Positions 53,471-55,591 of a stretch of DNA of 55,591 nucleotides are shown here, one piece after another. Every line of letters begins with the position of its first letter. The first letter of the stretch is position 1. The translations under genes were made by a program, and so were the position numbers. A model generated the notes under the pieces. The model was not told the origin of the DNA, ran no database searches, and saw only the letters and a list, made by a program, of their open reading frames with translations. The stretch comes from a virus. Its lineage: Duplodnaviria > Caudoviricetes. The DNA lies in IMG/VR virus record IMGVR_UViG_3300025168_000106, positions 1-55,591 of that record; one strand, 5' to 3'.

Positions 53471-53876
53471 CGGCATTCATCTCCTCTATCATCTGTCGGT
53501 ATATCCGGTCAGTATATGAGACATTTTTTGCAAACAAAGGATTAGAAGATTGGGTGGTAGGGATTTCCTCTCCACTCAATTTTTTGTATATAGAGTTTAC
53601 GACTCGTTTTCCTTTGTACGATATCTCGTACAAAGTTCTTCTCTTCCCACTTCCTTTTCTGAAAACGTCTATCCAACCATCTCTCAGGAGCCTATTAAAC
53701 CTATTCAGGTCCCAACTGACGAGTCTATCAAACTCTTTAAACTTTGCTTTATCGAAGTATGATTCTGTGTATAGGAATAGCAGAGCGTCTAGGTCTGACT
53801 GTGAGAGTCCGTACTTTGCTTTTATAAAGTACCGTATCACTCTCCAAAATTTGAGGTAATCGTGAGGTAAATTCAA
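53436..53876 (-). CDS. MarR-like winged-helix DNA-binding protein
   Basis: YGLSQSDLDALLFLY...FNRLLRDGWI.......RRTLYEISYKG pattern; TTG start. Confidence 0.65.
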   Translation of the reverse strand: MNLPHDYLKFWRVIRYFIKAKYGLSQSDLDALLFLYTESYFDKAKFKEFDRLVSWDLNRFNRLLRDGWIDVFRKGSGKRRTLYEISYKGKRVVNSIYKKLSGEEIPTTQSSNPLFAKNVSYTDRIYRQMIEEMNAATRQRRHQAPE

Positions 53877-53893
53877 TTAGATTTTTTTTATTG

Positions 53894-53910
53894 TAACTTT
53901 GACAAAGTTA
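53894..53910. promoter_or_regulatory. Palindrome TAACTTTG-A-CAAAGTTA: a -7 box on each strand, possible operator
   Basis: Perfect 8-1-8 inverted repeat between divergent genes starting at 53876 (-) and 53922 (+). Confidence 0.6.
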
Positions 53911-53921
53911 AACACATTACT

Positions 53922-54131
53922 ATGGCTGACGAAGAAAAGAAAAAAAGTCCTTTATCAAAAGTTTTGTCTGACATAACTAACGCGAACAAAAAGCGTAACT
54001 CTGTCCGTAAAGCTGCTATCACAAAAATGCGTAGCGATAGAGCTATTGCTCGTCGTAAGAAGCGTCAGGCTTCTAGGGGTAGCGTTACGGGGTTACAAGG
54101 CTTGCAGGGCTTTGGCCGTAAAAAGAAATAA
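53922..54131 (+). CDS. Small K/R-rich protein
   Basis: 69 aa, strongly basic. Confidence 0.65.
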   Translation: MADEEKKKSPLSKVLSDITNANKKRNSVRKAAITKMRSDRAIARRKKRQASRGSVTGLQGLQGFGRKKK

Positions 54132-54134
54132 ACT

Positions 54135-54254
54135 ATGGCTATTAAGAAATTTAAAGCTCATAATATGTACAGTAAAACGGGCATCAAGAAAGTTGCCTCT
54201 ACTATGAAACAGCATTTATCTTTAAAGAAAAAAGGCTATACTCATAAAAAATAA
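54135..54254 (+). CDS. 39-aa basic microprotein (not in ORF track)
   Basis: MAIKKFKAHNMYSKTG...HLSLKKKGYTHKK; AACT-ATG leader, TAATG coupling to the next ORF. Confidence 0.65.
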   Translation: MAIKKFKAHNMYSKTGIKKVASTMKQHLSLKKKGYTHKK

Positions 54255-54379
54255 TGGCTAAAAAAGTAACATGGACATACGGTGGTAAAAAGTATAGTGG
54301 AACTTTTATTAGGGAAACTAAGACGCATACTTATGCTAGAACTACTAACGGTAAGTTGAAGACTATCAAAAAAAAATAA
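54254..54379 (+). CDS. 41-aa basic microprotein (not in ORF track)
   Basis: MAKKVTWTYGGKKYSGTFIRETKTHTYARTTNGKLKTIKKK. Confidence 0.65.
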   Translation: MAKKVTWTYGGKKYSGTFIRETKTHTYARTTNGKLKTIKKK

Positions 54380-54382
54380 ACT

Positions 54383-54652
54383 ATGACTAAAAGAAAAAAA
54401 CCAAAAAAGAAGTCTACTCCTCCAAATTTTAATCAGCCGGGTTTTAAAGCTTCCTCTATCAGTAGGGAGACGGCAAAAAAAATGGTTCGCCAAAAACTTT
54501 CTGTTCAGGGAATTACCGGGGCTGACTTAGGTAATGCTATGAACCGAGGCAAGTTAACTCAAAACTCTGCAGGGAAATATACTTTTAGCACTAATGCTCA
54601 GTCTCCTGCTTCCCCTTCCGGACGCGACGTTCCTCTTCCTCCTTCTAAATAG
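54383..54652 (+). CDS. Basic protein, paralog 1
   Basis: Shares SS.S...AK..V..KL...GITG...G..TFST.A with the next ORF. Confidence 0.65.
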   Translation: MTKRKKPKKKSTPPNFNQPGFKASSISRETAKKMVRQKLSVQGITGADLGNAMNRGKLTQNSAGKYTFSTNAQSPASPSGRDVPLPPSK

Positions 54653-54660
54653 AATAAGCT

Positions 54661-54909
54661 ATGGCTAAGAAAACTAAAGCAAAAAAGAAAGTTCCGCAGA
54701 CATTCACCAAAGTCGCTGTTGTATTTACTTCTTCTGCGTCTTCTCTTAAAGAGGCTAAAATAGGTGTTGGAAAGAAATTATTTTCTCACGGAATTACAGG
54801 TAAGGAAAAATCTACCTGTATGGAAGCGGGCACAGAAAAATTTAAAGAATTTACCGGAGTACACACCTTTAGTACTAGCGCTACTATATCTGTCCCTGAC
54901 TCTAAATAG
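54661..54909 (+). CDS. Basic protein, paralog 2
   Basis: 82 aa; aligns with 54383-54652. Confidence 0.65.
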   Translation: MAKKTKAKKKVPQTFTKVAVVFTSSASSLKEAKIGVGKKLFSHGITGKEKSTCMEAGTEKFKEFTGVHTFSTSATISVPDSK

Positions 54910-54911
54910 CT

Positions 54912-55184
54912 ATGGCTCTTAAAACAAGAATGTCTAGACCTAGGAAGGGTAAAGCTAAAGTAAAGGTTACTGCTAGCGGAAAGAAGGTTAGCTATGGACA
55001 GGCGGGCAAAGCTAAGGGTGGCGGTCCACGAGTCAGACCGGGCACTTCTAAGGGTGACAGTTACTGTGCTCGTAGCTTAGGCATCAAGAGAGGATTATCT
55101 AAGAAGAAACAAAGCAATCCTAACACTCCCAACAACTTATCTCGCAAGCGGTGGAAATGTGTGGGAGCTAAGTCTAAGAAATAA
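54912..55184 (+). CDS. Basic phage protein (YCARS...W-x-C motif)
   Basis: KVSYGQAG...GDSYCARS...SRKRWKC, recalled from small basic phage proteins. Confidence 0.7.
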   Translation: MALKTRMSRPRKGKAKVKVTASGKKVSYGQAGKAKGGGPRVRPGTSKGDSYCARSLGIKRGLSKKKQSNPNTPNNLSRKRWKCVGAKSKK

Positions 55185-55213
55185 ACCAAACTTTATATAC
55201 CTATATTTGTAAC

Positions 55214-55411
55214 ATGAAAAACCAAGGATACAACTCAAGACTCGATGAGTCACTAGGCGCACGTAACGGAAAGAAGTCTCAATCTATGCATTCTCGCAGA
55301 GATGAGTCTAAAGCTATGTCTAAAAAAATGTACGGCCATTCTTATGGTGCAGACAAAGGCATGGAGTACCGTAGTGATAATTTAAAATGGCATAAGCACA
55401 ATCTAAAATGA
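55214..55411 (+). CDS. Small basic protein
   Basis: 65 aa; TATATTTG box at 55202-55209 just upstream. Confidence 0.65.
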   Translation: MKNQGYNSRLDESLGARNGKKSQSMHSRRDESKAMSKKMYGHSYGADKGMEYRSDNLKWHKHNLK

Positions 55412-55591
55412 GAGATTTATCTAAACCTTTAGCGGAAACATTCCCTACTAGAAAGAAGCGTACAGAAAGACGCACTACAGTTAAAACCCCTACCTATGAG
55501 CTAGGCTCAAATAAAAGGTTGGCGATGAATAAGAACACTGTTACTACAGATAAAAAAGGTAACGTTAAAAAATCTCGTGGAGTAAGTAAAT
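55408..55591 (+). CDS. Basic protein, truncated by the window end
   Basis: ATGA-coupled ORF MRDLSKPLAETFPTRKKR... open to the end of the window. Confidence 0.55.
   Translation, partial: MRDLSKPLAETFPTRKKRTERRTTVKTPTYELGSNKRLAMNKNTVTTDKKGNVKKSRGVSK

Overview
The window is a large part (probably most) of a lytic, podovirus-type dsDNA phage genome. Recurrent TAnnTTTG -7 promoter boxes and the gene content point to a Bacteroidota (flavobacterial) host. The + strand from 1 to 34.5 kb carries tail/lysis genes, terminase, portal, scaffold, major capsid, ring and nozzle genes, ejection proteins and a 3293-aa polyvalent virion protein. The - strand from 34.5 to 50.4 kb carries nucleases, an SNF2 helicase, a primase-helicase, SSB, a RecE/Sak3-type recombination pair and many small early genes, including an amidoligase and a GATase-II/GGCT fusion. 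The + strand from 51 to 55.6 kb carries GroEL, GroES and a cluster of small basic proteins, with a wHTH regulator on the - strand. I saw no DNA polymerase, RNA polymerase, integrase, tRNA or CRISPR array. The main discovery is four complete type III hammerhead ribozymes (sTRSV/RiboJ-like) on the coding strand, one in each of four consecutive intergenic spacers of the first early operon (47.9-49.7 kb). Each sits just after a conserved GAGGGTT-NN-AACCCTC hairpin. They should cut the polycistronic early RNA into single-gene units with 5'-OH and 2',3'-cyclic phosphate ends, which could be circularised. The same 16-bp palindrome occurs 12 times across the genome. All calls are by eye from motifs; no searches were run.
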